From the NCBI RefSeq assembly GCF_023055435.1, contig NW_025964223.1:35650001-35714000 (forward strand): 64,000 nt of DNA, written 5' to 3'. The position numbers and the translations under genes are program-made. Positions 37,701 through 52,087 of this stretch are shown piece by piece (positions within the stretch are counted from its first letter, which is position 1; each line of letters opens with the position of its first letter). This DNA is from Haliotis rufescens. Its lineage: Eukaryota. Under the pieces are notes generated by a model. That model saw nothing but the letters and a program-made list of their open reading frames with translations, did no database searches and was not told the origin of the DNA.

Positions 37701-38526
37701 TACATAGTTGTAAGTATCATCTACGTAGATGAAAGTATTATCTATGTAGATGGCACTAATACGCTTCCATAGGAAACTAAACATGACTGACTGACTATTT
37801 AAATATCCTTGTCAAGCAATTGCGTGGGTTGATTTATTTAACACTAATTGGACTAAATGAAGGGGGGTGGCGATTCTAGGAGCAAATTTCATTATTTGAT
37901 TTGGTAACTGGCTTTTATAATGTTGAAAGAACAGTAATGTCTGGTATGTTACCGGTAGTTATAGTACAGGATTAGTGTGAAATGTCTCCTTTGTTGTTAC
38001 AGGTGTAACTGTTTTAGTAACAGCCACTTTACATTCTCCACTGATAGTTCAAATATTCAAGCAAGTGAACAGGCAGGCTCACTGGCCCAAGGTGCTGGCC
38101 AGCAGACAGTTGTCTTCTGATGCTGATCACACTCTCATTATGTTACACCGGTACCAAAGTCAAGTCTCAATCTTCATTTTCTTATTTACAATTTGTGAAT
38201 GAAGAGAACTTTACTTGTAGTCAGCAATAACCAAGTTATACCACAGTGGCATGTGGTGCGGTCCACCACACATAGCACTGAAGCTAACACAGTATACACA
38301 GTAAGTACTCTACTACACAGACTGTGATGGGGCACTTCTGGCAGAACTGTGGTCATGATATTCAGTTAAAGATAAGGCACAAGTAACTGGACATTATTAA
38401 ACAAATAATTTATGAGCCAGCGAATATCATTATTTGTAATGTACATGTTTGTATGTTCAGTGACCTGTACGTTACTTGACTTAAAATACAGCATCAAATT
38501 ATCAAAGTACTTACTAATCAGATTAA

Positions 38527-40598
38527 AGGGGCACTGACCTACAGCAATTCCCTGGTACTGGTTGTTGCCTTTGTTATTGTTTTATCCCCGTGAGTACCCG
38601 GATGATATCGCAGAAATCTGGACTATTTCGCGACCTGTGCTGCGCGATCTGTAAGCGCATTTGTCACTTTTATTGATAGTAAAAGGGCATATGGTCACAT
38701 TGATCAACAAAATGAAATACAGGATTGGAAATAATAAGGAAATGTAGGTATCTTTGTGGGTAGCATCAGTAATGGTGACAAAGTTTTGATAAGTCACTTT
38801 CTTTTACACTATTTTGACTTGCAATTCAAAGTAAATATTTCACCTGAGCATTGCTTATCTTATAGTCAAAATGTGTAAAAAAATTATTTAGGCAATTTAT
38901 TAAACGCCTAAATATTCAAATACATGTATTTTACAAACTGCCAGAAAAATCTGTCCATTTATGTTATTTTGATAAAAAATTCCAAATATTTTTATGGTTT
39001 AATTTCATCACCAAGTGGCTGAAAATTATAGGATTAAAAGAAAATGAAATTCAAAGTACATTTCCGCAGTTTTGGCTTCTAATCCTAGCTTAATTAGTCT
39101 ATTGTGATGTTTTAAGCCCTTTTGAACCTCTTAATAATTGTTAGTCAATCTGTTTAATGAATGGACAGATGTTTCCGTCATTTTGTAAATTACTGAAATA
39201 TTTAGACATTTTACAAATTTTGCTAAGTGAATAACATTTTACACATTGACTGTAACATATACATGCTTACAAATGAAAAGACTTGTGAAAACAACGTCTA
39301 TCTCGCATCGAAGAACTTCCCAACCAAGACGTAGAGGAACAACAATGATTCTGTTCAATGCTACAGCAAATGAATGAAAACAAAATGCAAATATCATAAT
39401 GACAACCTACCAATTTATTTTTAGGCAGCTTCCTTGTTCGAGGAATGCATCCGTGAATATCCACATAAAGGAACAATGTCCCACACGTCTGCAGCTGTAC
39501 AAACTAACTTATTGCATGTCACGTGTCTCTGTAACAATCAAATATTCTAAAATTGGGATATTGTAGCCCGTGTTCGTTTCTCAACTGATCACTAAATTTG
39601 TTTCAGCTGTTTCACATAGGAGTAAAGTCTCATTGGTCAGCTGAGATAGCACACGTGACAACAATTTTCATAATGTCCACGGTTCATAAATAAAATCCAT
39701 TGAGTTAGATAACAATGAGCAATCAATCAATGTATTATTGGTTAATCCTTTGAACAAAGTATGTTGTTTTTACATCGGCACTTCACGCCATGATATTATT
39801 GTATTCCGTCTACTTTAGTAAACCTACACATGAAAACACTTACATTTGACAAATCCACTCCGCAAGATAACAGTGATTAATCAATCATTGTATTTTACTG
39901 TTGATCCTTTGATGGCGAGGAATGATCAGTTGATTTACAAAACAGTAAATCAACTGATCACTCCTCTTGCTGGGCTGCCACGTGCATATTACATAACACA
40001 CATTTCACCTCACTTCAAATCTGGATTTAGATTAAATAATTACACAAGACACAAGAAATGCCAAATGGGAACCCGTTAGGTAATCAGAGTGGTGCTACCA
40101 CTACTTATACATGTACCCCTAATAAATTCATTAACTGAGCATCAAGTGAATGACGACAAATACACAAGTGTAGGGTTATACCAGGAAACATGGATGACAA
40201 CAAGGGTGTAGTAATCGTATTATCCACGCAATCCGAAATCGGAAGATGCTTTCACCGCATGGATACTTTTTTTATTACTAAACTATAAGCATCAGGTGTA
40301 TTTCCAAATAAGAACATCCGATTAGCTTCCACCGTTCTTTTTGTCTGTTTGTTTAGGCTGAAGAAATTAATTAACATGCGCCCTTTGTCGAAATCTTCAC
40401 TGTTCATGGATAACCAATCAGTGTTTAAAAATGCGTAAAACAGATATTGCCTGAAAATTTATTTAGGTGTCTTTACAGATAGTAGCCCAGTCTCTTGTCA
40501 TGCTCAGTTGCGTTACCGAGGTAATCGACTCACGGCAGCTAGGGAGCCCTAGCGGCCAGTGTCAGACAGCCGAGAAGAAGCCAGAGATTAGTTCCCCT
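38527..40598. mobile_element. Complete non-autonomous Kolobok-like DNA transposon (about 2.07 kb)
   Basis: ttaa|aggggcactga ... ttagttcccct|ttaa; internal homology to 1-508; no transposase ORF seen. Confidence 0.75.
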
Positions 40599-42254
40599 TT
40601 AATAGATAAATAAATAAAAATAAATACAACACAAATAGGCTGCACGGACACGTCATGCAGTACACTCATAAAACATGAGAATCTTTAACTTCGTGCTTCG
40701 ATATCAGTGCTGCATTTGAACACTTGAACATACTGCATGTGCATTTTGTGCTATTTGATTGTTGTTCCAGTACATTCGCAATACATGTGCTTAGAATTAA
40801 TGCATGAGCTTAACATTTACACTGCAGAAAGTAGCTAAAAAACTGTCAATTCCTACAAACAATGTATAGTTGAAACAATAGAGTATTATAATTCTCAATA
40901 ATCTATGTATCATGGTGTCATCTATCAGAGCAGTTCAAAGCAAAATGTTTGCCTAACAGACCTTAGCTTTCTCATAATACCATTTCCACATTTACCTGAC
41001 TGTTGCCAGACTGTGTTGATATTGTGTTTGTCATGTGAATAAACTACAATATAGTTCTAATAGGGATTTACTACTGAGATGTCTGGCAAGCTGAGTGTAC
41101 CCACAACCCTGTCGACTTACAGCTGATAAACATAGTGTACTGAGTTCAGTGTCAGTCTTGGCATCCACACTTAGAATAATCAACTCCTTAAACAGTTTGA
41201 GAACTCTAAAAATGTAACAATATTAAAACTGAACTATTTACTCAAATAAGAACACAGTAACAGCAACAACAACAACGACAACAATGAGAGCAACTGGCAA
41301 TGACCAGTCTCCATGGCAACTTACCCAGCATGTATCACAGTTGTTCTGCACATTCTAGATTGCAGGTTGAAATTAACAAGATTGACATGAACATGATGAA
41401 AACCCTACAATGTCACCAAAAACTATTCCTGATACAAGCATGTATGGCAGAACACCATAGCTTATCATAATGCGAACAAAGCAACAGGTGACACGAGTGC
41501 ATAAGTGACGCAAACTCCCTAACTCAGTAGGAAATTACTTTATGTAGAGTTTCATGAACGATGTCATGATGCCGTGTTAAGAAAAATCTTATTACGATAA
41601 AGTTAATGAATACAAATGTATGAAAGATGCAAGGTGCAATCTATGACTTCTGAGACACAGAAAGGCAAGACATATTGATCACCAAGCAAAACAAGCATAT
41701 TGTTAAAAGAAAGGATGCATCATTAAATCTGTAGAGTGTGATCAATATTAACCCTAAATGTGATCACCATGTGCAGTTTTGAAATTAGCCACTAGGTATT
41801 ACACATAGAAAGCAACATCTATAGTCCATCCCCAATATGATCCAGGGATCAAAATTAAATTTATTTCAAGTGTGCCAATGGGCACATTTATGCCAAATTA
41901 AGTGTGACATCACATTTTTAGATGTGCCAGGAAATACACGATTGGCTTCACACATCACTCAAGTTACTAATTTCTGGTTACTCATTGCCTTTGAATCTTA
42001 GTTAGATACTGCAATACCAATTATAATAGTCTCAAAATTAAAGAGCTACTGGCTGTCATATAGCTGGAATATTGCTGAGTGTGGCGTTTAACAACAAACA
42101 CATACACATAAGAGCTACTGTTCACAACTGGTAGTAGCTGTGCACTGATCAGTTACAGTTGTAGCTGTTCTGCGTCCATAGGGTGTGGTCCCTCTTCTGG
42201 CCTATTCCCCCCTGTATGCACTGAGCCACAGTCATCAACTTTTGACAGTGTCTG

Positions 42255-42750
42255 GGATTTCTGCTTGTAAAACATCTTTGCTACTAATATGTTATACACC
42301 ATTTTAAAAGTCTAATCCTACTGTTTATACATATGAAACTTATGTTTATCACATTATTTAAATAATACATTTACAACTAAATTCAGTGTCGTAAATAAAA
42401 AAACCTAAGCTAAAACATTATACAGTAAACTACAGTTATAGCGAACACGCTTATAACCAACTGACGGATATAACGAACTTACTTTTTTGGTCCCGACTAT
42501 TTGCTGTAGTTATGCTGTATATATGCTTATAATGAACTACGGTTATAACGAACTAAAAATAGTAGTCCCTTTGAGTTTGTTATAATCATAGTTTACTGTA
42601 CTGCCAGATTGAGGACCAAGGCAGCGAAAATTTGACGATTTTCGGCAAATATAAGATTTAATAAAATCCACTTACCTATTTGTTTTTTCTATTTTCATTG
42701 TTTACGTTATCGGAAAATTATTTTTAAAAGAATTAAAAATAATATCTGTC
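42255..42750. repeat. Unclassified dispersed repeat, copy a
   Basis: Collinear with 50168-50236 + 55092-55131 + 55820-56010. Confidence 0.65.
42423..42598. mobile_element. Short Tc1/mariner-type MITE
   Basis: ta|cagtaaacta...tagtttactg|ta with subterminal ttataacgaac repeats; absent from the homologous copy near 55870. Confidence 0.8.
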
Positions 42751-43271
42751 TTTTATGGCAAGCATGGGTTGCTGAAGATCTATTCTATGTGGATCTTCAC
42801 GGATCTCCAACAGATTGGTCCACATGATCTTGATAAGATACTGTTTATCCCGCCGTGGAAGGGAATAAATTTATGAGCAGGGGAATAAATCTCTTATACC
42901 CCGCAACGAGCAGGTCAGGCTGCACATGGATTTCTGAGAGACTGAAAAAATCCCTTCAAAGCTGCACGCTTTTCTGTGTCAATGAAAGTCACGTGACATA
43001 GCGCAAGGTAACCCCAGCTCAATAGAAAAGCTGTTTTCTATCAATATTGAATTTGTTTGAATTCTTTTACAATGTCATATTCAAACATGTTGGCAGCAGG
43101 TTCAATCTGGGTACATGGGGTTTTATGCATCCGGCGTTAGGTCTTATACCACCTATAAAAAATGATGCAGGACGCATAAAACCCGATGTACCCCTCGGGA
43201 CCCTGCTTCATCACTTTCTCAAGTACATAGCTAATCTAACAGTGTGAAATCTATTCCTATCTGATACATAC

Positions 43272-43554
43272 CTGTGCAAAGCAGAGGGGCACAAAGGCCA
43301 TATAGTATGCTGTCAACATGGAGTTAAAAAGAACTTGCTTCACTCGGTTATTGAAGTCATTTTTGAGTGCTTCCACCTCCTCCCTGACAATGTCTGGTGT
43401 GAGTGTACAGTTATGGTAGAGCACTGACTCCCTCTCCAGGGGGCGGTGTTTGGCCACACTCTTGTCCCCATATGTGGCTGTACGTGGCCATGCATGCTGT
43501 CTCTGGTAAAGTGGTTTCAAGGTGGGCCCAAACAGTATCAAATAAGTTGCTAGT
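43272..43554 (-). CDS. TMEM39: TMEM39 exon (283 nt)
   Basis: LATYLILFG...[48 protein letters not shown], the conserved TMEM39 block; flanked by tgtttcag and gtatgt. Confidence 0.95.
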
Positions 43555-43947
43555 CTGAAACAGGATAAGATAGATAGATAGTTTAGATGCAACATGCATT
43601 ACTAAAATCTTCAGAGGAAGAGGCAAAAAAGTGGGAGAAACATATTTTCTTGTTCATACTTCGCATTATCATACTTACCTCCCCCCCATTCAGGGGTACA
43701 GTTTGGAAGAGCAATGTGTACAATGAGCTGTCAAAAACATCCATGTTTTGCTGTAGGAGAAGACTTGGCTAGAGCAAACTTGAGATTAGAAACTTGGTCA
43801 AAACGTCAATGTTAATATATATTTTGCACAAAAAAAATGACTAAACATAATTTATTTCCAATTGTACTTGGGATTGTTATATAAGCAGCAATGTGTTAAT
43901 TTTACATAAAACTTACTACTACTAGTAAAATCTAGATATTTTTATAT

Positions 43948-46900
43948 TTGTATACTTAGCCTGCATTACTCCTTAATGCATTTACTGCTTGTTTTGACAG
44001 AAAGAAGAAGCTGTGTGAGGTCCAGCTGAAGAAGAATTTATTCCAACTAGTTGTGTGGCTAAATCTATCACGCAGCGCGCACATGATCACAGAAGTGATG
44101 ACGTCATGAACCACCACATTACTGCAAGACCGTAACATCTGAAAACATTGTGGGGAGGCAGCCCTGCGACAGGTGGGCCACTTCAGACGTAGTAATGCAG
44201 GATAAGTATACAATTGTAAAACATATTTAAACTTTACTAAATGTTTTAACTTATCCTGCATTACTCCTCAATGCATTTTTATCGGATGGTACAACGAAGG
44301 GCATACCTTCAGATGTGATCCTCAATAAACTCTCGACGAAGTACAACTAATCAGCAAAGCATCCAGAATGATGACTGGCATCTAGTGACCATTCCTGTCG
44401 GAAGGAGACGAGAATATAAGGTATGCAGGAGGTCCAGGTAACAGTGCAGTAATAGAAATAATCTAAGACTGACGTACCTTGCCAATGCAAGTAGCATGTA
44501 AATTTGTAGTCTGAGGGGCCAAGCACCAGAGAGGTCAAAAAGGCCAGCTTGGGACAATGGGAAGGGTAGTCTCGGAGGTAGTTTCTTGCAAAGACTGTGT
44601 CTGAGTGCCAGAACCTGCCTTCCATAATGGATCAGATGAAGCTTTTGCTGCGGAGAGCCACGGTGGAGGTGACTGCTCTTGTGAGGCTTGCTGGCCCTGG
44701 GGGGATCCAATCCATCGGTCTCATAAGACTGTAGATTGAGGTGTGTAACCACAGGTAGATCGTGTTAAAGATCACTTCTGTCTGCGAGATTGTAGAAACA
44801 GGAATGAAGAGACATCAACATGCCTTTGAGTGTCGGATAAAACACTTCAGTGCATGAACCGGGCATAGAAAGATATCGTGTTCATCTTTGACACCCACTA
44901 TCGAAGAGAAAGGCGAAGGATCTGTCCAGCTGTCCTGGGAGATGATGCTTAGTATGAAGTCCCAGCACAGCCCAAGATGAACAGCACCATGCGCTCTGCT
45001 CTCAAATCGAACACAGGTGATATCCAGGGAGTAAAGTTCGCTTACCCGTGCTGCCATAGCTAGAGCCAAGAGAAAGACCATCTTCTTGGTAGTGTAAAAC
45101 AAAGTTCAGTGAACTGGTTCAAAGGGGGCACCCTGCAGCAACTTGAGAACCATGTTCAGATCCCATGCCAGGGGTCTGAACTTGGCCTTCTAATATACCA
45201 AACGGAAGGAGCGCAGCTTGGACCTCCAGAATCTTAGTCATCTTAATTATATTCTGGGACAGCCAACATTGAGTTGAGGGCCGCCAGGTACATTGTGATG
45301 GTACTGCTCTTCAGGTGTCTTTTGCAGTGCAAGAAGAAAAGAAATTCAGCCAAGCATTGGGGTGGACGCAGTGGTGGGGTCTTGATTTTTTCCTTGCATA
45401 AACTTTCAAAGGAACACCACTTGTCGTCATAGAGTCCCCTGGTAGAAGATCTGTGCGCCAAACTTATCAGGTTCGCTTCCCTGGCCACTTAGCCCTTGGT
45501 GCTTATGGCTCTTTGCAGATGTGAAGGCACGAAGATGAAACCTGTCTGGAGACGGCTAGGGCAGTCTGCTGTTTGGGTGGATCAACAGGTTTGGCAAACC
45601 TGGTAGTTCGAGAGGTTCAACTTTGGACATTTCTTTGAGATCCACAAACCAGCCTCTCTCTGGCCACAAAGGTGTGAACAAAGTTAGAGCAAGGCTCCAG
45701 GTCGACCCGATCTTTTGAAGAACCCTGGGTAGGAGTACAGGTGGCGCTTGTAGGCCTTCCCAGGGAAGACTGAGGGCATCAACCACCCAAGTCTGAGTGT
45801 CCGGTACCGGAGATATGTAGGTCCAGATTTGGAGGTTTTGACTGGTTGCAAACAGGTCTATGTTTGGGGGGCAAAGATGTTGACAATCCAGGTTGAAGGC
45901 ATCAGGGTGGAGCTTTCACTGAGCCACCTTGTCTGGTCTGGAGAAGGCTTCTGCCACACGACTGTGATGTTGTCCGTAGAGATAGCGACCTGAGCGAAAG
46001 ACCTCTTGCAAGTGAGAGAGTGATAGAATGAGAGCCATCAGCTCTAAGTTGTTGTTGTGCCACTGGGATGGCTCATCTGACCACAGCCCTGAGGTGACCT
46101 GGTCTGCCATATGAGTTCCCCAACCTTGAAGAAAGGCATTGACAAATAGGTGCAGCAAGGGCATGAGGTCTGTCAAGGAGATGTCGCCGAAGACATTCCA
46201 CTCTACCGTCCACAAGCAGAAATGCGGCTTGAGGTGCTATGGTAGGATGATGGAAGTTGCTTGGTTCTGGCACTTGATGTAAGGGTCTAGAAACATCAGG
46301 ATGGGGAGCAGTTGGAGCTGGCCTCTGGAGGTCAGGTCCTGCGTTGACATGAGGATAGCCAAAAGTGCCTGCCTCTGGCGAAGTGTACTGGACTGCTGAA
46401 GAGCTGGGTGTAGAAGGGACTGGATCTTGTGCCATCAGTCCCTTGGTACTGATAGGAGGTCCTGGTTTGTCTGAAAAAGGCCTCCTATGAACTGCATAGT
46501 GAATGAGGGAGTGAGCTCTGTCTTCGTAACATTGATGATCCATCCCAGCTGGTGGAGAAGCTGGAGGAAAGATAAGCATTGTCATGTTGATGGTTCAGGA
46601 GGCAATCAAACTGGATGTTCCCTAGTTGTAGGAAGGCTATGGCCTTTGTGATTCGTTTAAATAGCCATGGGGCCATAGAAATGCCAAATGGGAGCAACGC
46701 CCATTAGTAAAGGATGCCACTGACGATGAACCAGAGGAACTTCCTGTCACTGGGGTGGATCGTTATGTGTAGATAGACATCCTGCATGTTGAGGCTTATC
46801 AAGGAATCGTAGACTTGGATTCTGTTCATGAGCAACCTCAAATTAGACATGTGGATGTACCGAGGGAGCTCTAGGTAGCACTGGTTGAATGTAAGATTGT

Positions 46901-47830
46901 GGATCTTTCAAAATTGGTCTTTTGGGGGAATAGAAGCCTGGTGTCATGGCTGGGGAGTGTACAATCTCTATGGCCTCTTTGGCTATCAACGTGTAGGTGT
47001 AGGTTAAGAGAAGTTGACGTTGTGTAGGAGGGTAGGATACCACCAGGAGACCACCAGGGGTGATGATGTAAGAGGAATATCGTTTATTAGTTTGAGACAG
47101 TACCCCTGGCGGAGGATGTAGGTTATGAAGGGGTCCTCAAAGATGTTCCAATTTTGCCAATAACCTCTGAGTTCAACATGAATTCCGGAATGAAGGAGCA
47201 CTCTGAAGAGCCTGAGTGATAGTCCTTGTGATAACGGATCAGACAGGAGCTTCGGGAACGACACCTGAGTAATTGAGGTTGCTTGATGTAGAGAGAAGAT
47301 GCTAAGGAGATGTCGAGCTTAGAAGCTAGGGGCTTCCAGCCCGAAGAAGATGGAGTAGCCATGGCTGGAGAAGAGGCAGGCTCAGAGGAGTCTTCTTTTT
47401 AGCAAGGTTTATGAGCTTGTGGCGTATGTCGTTAAAGTAGTTGGCAGAGGCTATGGCAGAGAGGGGTAGGCAAGCGCTACACTTAGTAGCTGTTAAGCAA
47501 ATATCAGTGCAGTCCAGACACAAAGGGTGGGGGTCCCAGCCAGACTTGTTACCATGGCACTTAGTACAACAGAGCATACATATCATCGGAAGGATATAAA
47601 TCAAACAATACAAAAGTGTTGAATAACGCGCAAAGGATGTCAATGGATAAACTTGAGAACTGTTCAATCTGGGTGACATCAGTAATGTGGTGGTTCGTGA
47701 CGCCATCACTTCTAGGATTAGCCAAAAAAATAGTTGGAACAATTTCTTCTTCAGCAAGACCTCACACAGCTTTTCTTTCTGTCAACACAAACAGTAAATG
47801 CATTAAGGAATAACACAGGATAAGTTAAAA
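43948..47830 (-). mobile_element. DIRS1-type retrotransposon copy 3 (family B), decayed, with ICR
   Basis: ITRs at about 43948-44065 and 47713-47830; ICR at about 44191-44268. Fragments: gag Zn finger (GWDPHPLCLDC), RT (LPFGISMAPWLFKRI), RH (NNLELMA), MT (DALSLPWEG...WPERGWF), YR (FLLALAMAARVSEL, FWHSDTVFARNYLRD). Confidence 0.92.
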
Positions 47831-47982
47831 TATCTCAATACTTAACTCTTCCAACTCCGTAGGTCGGTACACCGGCCAAGAAGCCTCCAGTCCTCAGACA
47901 CTGAAGGCCGGTAGACTGGCCAAGCCGTAGTCAAAATAGTATATAATTTTATGAAACCTACCTGTCATATCATTCATTTATT

Positions 47983-48710
47983 AAATCTATGACATTTCAC
48001 AATGTCTGAAAAATGTATTCCATTTCAATTTATCATTTTTTATCAATATATTATGAAGTTATTCACTATTTCCCGCAATGTTATTGAAAATAAAATTCTC
48101 AGACACACACTTCAACAACCGGTCCACAACGAACATGTCAAAGAGCAAAATAAGGATGTTTCAAGCAAATCTTTAAATATATTATACAAAGTAATAAATA
48201 AAATCAACAAAAATATATAAAGTTGTAATGAAAGTCAAATAACATCTTGGCTTTTGTGGCCTTGATTTCTCGGCTCAGACACAATGTTTAATGCCAAAAT
48301 ATATGCATGAAAAATCTTTGTCACAGCTCGTAACCTAGCACGATACATCCACGAAATTCCATATTTTTAATACAGGTCGCAATTTCCTGCTTAAAACGTT
48401 CAGAATAACACGAGTTAACAAAAATCTTTCGTTAAAATCTGAAATTCATCATACACGAGGATGGTACCATAGCGGTAATTTGATTGGCTGCGCTAGGTCA
48501 CATGCTCAAATTTGACCAATCAAGAATCTTGTAGCAGATTTCGGCAAGAAAGCATCATTGGGAACCAATTTCTATCCAATAAAATCGCATGTAACAGTTA
48601 GGAAAAGACTCCAGGCGATGTTACAAATGTCTATATGAAAATACAAGCTTTCTAGCGATGTGTCATATGGCAGTCTTCGAGGAACGTGTTATTCATACGA
48701 AATTTCGAAA
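47983..48710. repeat. Unclassified dispersed repeat, inverted relative to 56075-56757
   Basis: Reverse-complement homology, e.g. tttcacaatgtctgaaa versus tttcagacattgtgaaa, and acctagcacgatacatccac versus gtggatgtatcgtgctaggt. Confidence 0.75.
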
Positions 48711-50659
48711 ACGGTGGTATTTCTTCATGTAACTGAGCGGGAAAAAACATGAATGTGTTAGCTTACATTTTCTATATTTACAACGAACTTAGTTAAGGTG
48801 TAAATGCATTATCTAAATAATGTGATAAACATAACTTTCATATTTATAAACAATATAGGATTGGACCTTTCAAATGGTGTATAACATGTAGTAGCAAAGA
48901 TGTTTTACAAGCAGATATTTTCTTTGATAAATGTTGGCTTCATCTATCACACAAGAGTCTTGGGAACTCGGTCTCACAGCAGTAAATGTTTATGGTTGAC
49001 TGGTGTTGAAAGAGTTACCTGTCTCACACTATCGCATTTTGTCTCTTTTTCTGAACAAAAAGTGGTAACATTGCTTGCAAATACAACTGTTTGCAACTTA
49101 AAACGTCCCACCAGAATGCAGTAGGTTCATGAAGCATGCAGCCTGCCCCCAAGCCTTCATTCTTGTCTGGATTACAATTCCTATGAGTCAATCCTTGGGG
49201 CTAGATGTGTGGGCAATATATCCTGAGAGACAGGAAAAGTACTAAATATTAAATCTAATTACGTAAAATTAACAAACCTTTACATATCCTGTCTCAAACA
49301 TAGCATGAATCCGAACTGAAATCTCAAATATTTATTGGTTTGTTAGATTTAATTAGGAATAGTAACCCTTCACAGCACCGGAAGTAGTCAAGATGACTTT
49401 TATCAGTAAAATAATTGACTCAAACCTATCTGTAGCAGAATAATAATGTTACTGTTGTGGATTACTCCTTTTGTATAATACTTTGGCTATGGCATTTTTA
49501 TGCTCAATCATGGTGTGTTACAACTGTTATTATGTTGGCACTCACTTGGAATACCATGTGTTTTACTCACTGTTTATCATGATGCGACTTTCAACTGAAA
49601 CCACTGGAGATTTGTCAAGAAAGCTATGAAGATATTGGCATTCTGACACCTCTAAAAATAATGAATTTTCAAGGGGAAAATATCAAGAGTACATTTGTAC
49701 CATATGGGCTAGTGTATGCATTAATATCATGTAGAACTTTAAATCTCATAGAATTTCATGTGAATGTATGATAAGTTGTAGCAGGATCACTCCGGGTACA
49801 TGGGTTTAATACCATGAGCCGACGGACGTATAAATACAATTCTTGGTTCATGGATTTCAAACTCTCTTTTATTTTTTACTTGGATTTTGTCCTTAAAAGT
49901 TAGGTAGGTATAAAAAAATATTCTGGAGTAACAAAATAAAAACAACTCAATTTTTCAAGAACATTTTATCATATCCCTGGCACTCGGCTTGTGCACAAAT
50001 GGCAATATAACAATATTCATGTCATGGGTGGAAATGCATGAAAGACGCTGCTATTTTGGCGGTATGGATAATGTTTAACTCTTTCTACACCAGCCAACCA
50101 GAAGATTACTGTTGTGATACCAAGTTCCAAGAGACTCTTGTGTGAAGCCAACATTTATCAAGGAAATTATCTGCTTGTAAAACATCTTTGCTACATGTTT
50201 GGCCATACACTATTTGAAAGGTCTAATTAATCCTATAGCCGTCTCTTAATATTTATGTGTGACCCTGAGGTCAAACTCCAAAACGAGGCTATCCCCGCAA
50301 GCTGCCAAAATGGCATCGGAGCATCGCTGTGTCCTCAAATGCGTTTCCGATGCGATAAATCTAAGAGTTTTCATCGTTGTTCTGGTCGATTTATCTTTGC
50401 GGAAACGATGACTGGCAGCCATCCGACAAGTTAAAGGAAAGTTGTTCACTGTAAGTCATAATTTTCATTCATGTTTCTGCAAAACTGAAGAGCGAATATT
50501 GCCTATCAACTATTGACTTTATCGCAGCTTACATGACATTTCAGTACGAAATACTCATACTTTTTCTGAATACAATATTGATTTCTTTCTCCTTACATAA
50601 ATACTATATGTTATATATGTGTTATATATATATATCATATATAATTCATATACACATCC

Positions 50660-50766
50660 TGGGTGTCGTTGTACAAAGCGATATTAGCGTATGGGTGATC
50701 TGACTCCCATACCTAACATATAGACAGACTTACGGCAGTCTTAGGTCTAAGGTTGTTTTGTACAAC
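50660..50766. mobile_element. Short palindromic MITE-like insert
   Basis: Imperfect inverted arms gttgtacaaagcga ... ttgttttgtacaac. Confidence 0.4.
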
Positions 50767-52087
50767 TTATATTTATACTAATGTAAGTCACACAGCCATT
50801 ACATATCAACTTTCAAACAATTAGATTTATTATTGCCAGAATATACAAATTTCTAGATTGGAAATGGAGCACACATATAAAGGTAATATGAATGCATATA
50901 CAGACATAAATAAATAATCCATAATACACCTATAGTTGTTTTAATTTATGCTTTATTGGTTTCATTTTTATGACTTATATTCATACACAAATTGAAAATT
51001 ATTTGGGGGACTTAAATGAACTGAATGTTTAATATTTCAGTCCTAGATTTGTGTGTTGTAAACAAGTACAACCCAGTGAAAAGAATACTGAAATCAGGAA
51101 TAATCCCATCAATATTTGCATGGACTGTGGCCACAACACCAAGGAAGCCCCCCTTGATTCTATATGCGTAGTAGTAAATGTCATAAATCAAGTTTGCATT
51201 ATAAAATTGTTTTTGTCTTTATTTATGAAGCATTTATATTAAATTAGAATTATTTTGTTTGTAGTGTGAAGAGAACCTGGTTCCAGGAGGATGTGTGATG
51301 GACATGAGGCTGAAGGGAACGATCATTCCACAGAGAATGAAGGGCGTGACGCACAATTTGAAATAAAGGAGAGGCAGGTCCATGTTGAACAACTTGAGAG
51401 GGAGAACCATCTACTCAATAGCCATCTGGCTCTTGAGAATTTTGGAGTATCAAGAACTAGATACTTTCACGTAATGTTATAATTTTGATCAACCCAGTGC
51501 CACCAAAATGTGTAGCATGTATTACATTTGTTATGACACTGTTTCCTTGGCTGGAAGACCCAGGAGCATGCTGTTGTCTACACTGAAATAAAAATTCAAA
51601 TCCCATCTGCCTTTGTCCTCAACTCAAAGTTTTATACTCATTACAAAACTAGCTGCCCACTCTAAAGCCTGATTGGTATAGCCCCTCCCTATGCTGAGAA
51701 ATTTGTATCATGTTTGTCTACAGCTGGTATGTCTGATGTTGAGATGACAAAGCTGTTTGGTATTTTTCTTGATCTTGTTCAACCTGGTGATAGTGTGAGG
51801 GCAGACCAAGGCTTTACTATTGCTACTACTTTGAACACAAGAACTAGTCTTAATATCCCCTCTTTCCTATTTAACTGTGATCAGTTTTCAGCTGAATAAA
51901 TAGTCCAAAAGTCCAAACCATAGCATCTTTGAGAGTTCATGTTGCAGAATTTGAAGAACCATCAATCAGCTGTGGACAGTTGCTTGACTCTGGTTTCCCT
52001 TGCGAACTCATATAGAATTGTGCTAAAATTGCCTGTGAGAGATAAAAGTGTCAAATCGTTTGAAATATTTTAATTACACAATGTATA

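Noticed and set aside
38527-40598. piggyBac assignment or coding capacity
   Set aside because: Termini are AG..CT rather than CC..GG, and no convincing transposase remnant was found.
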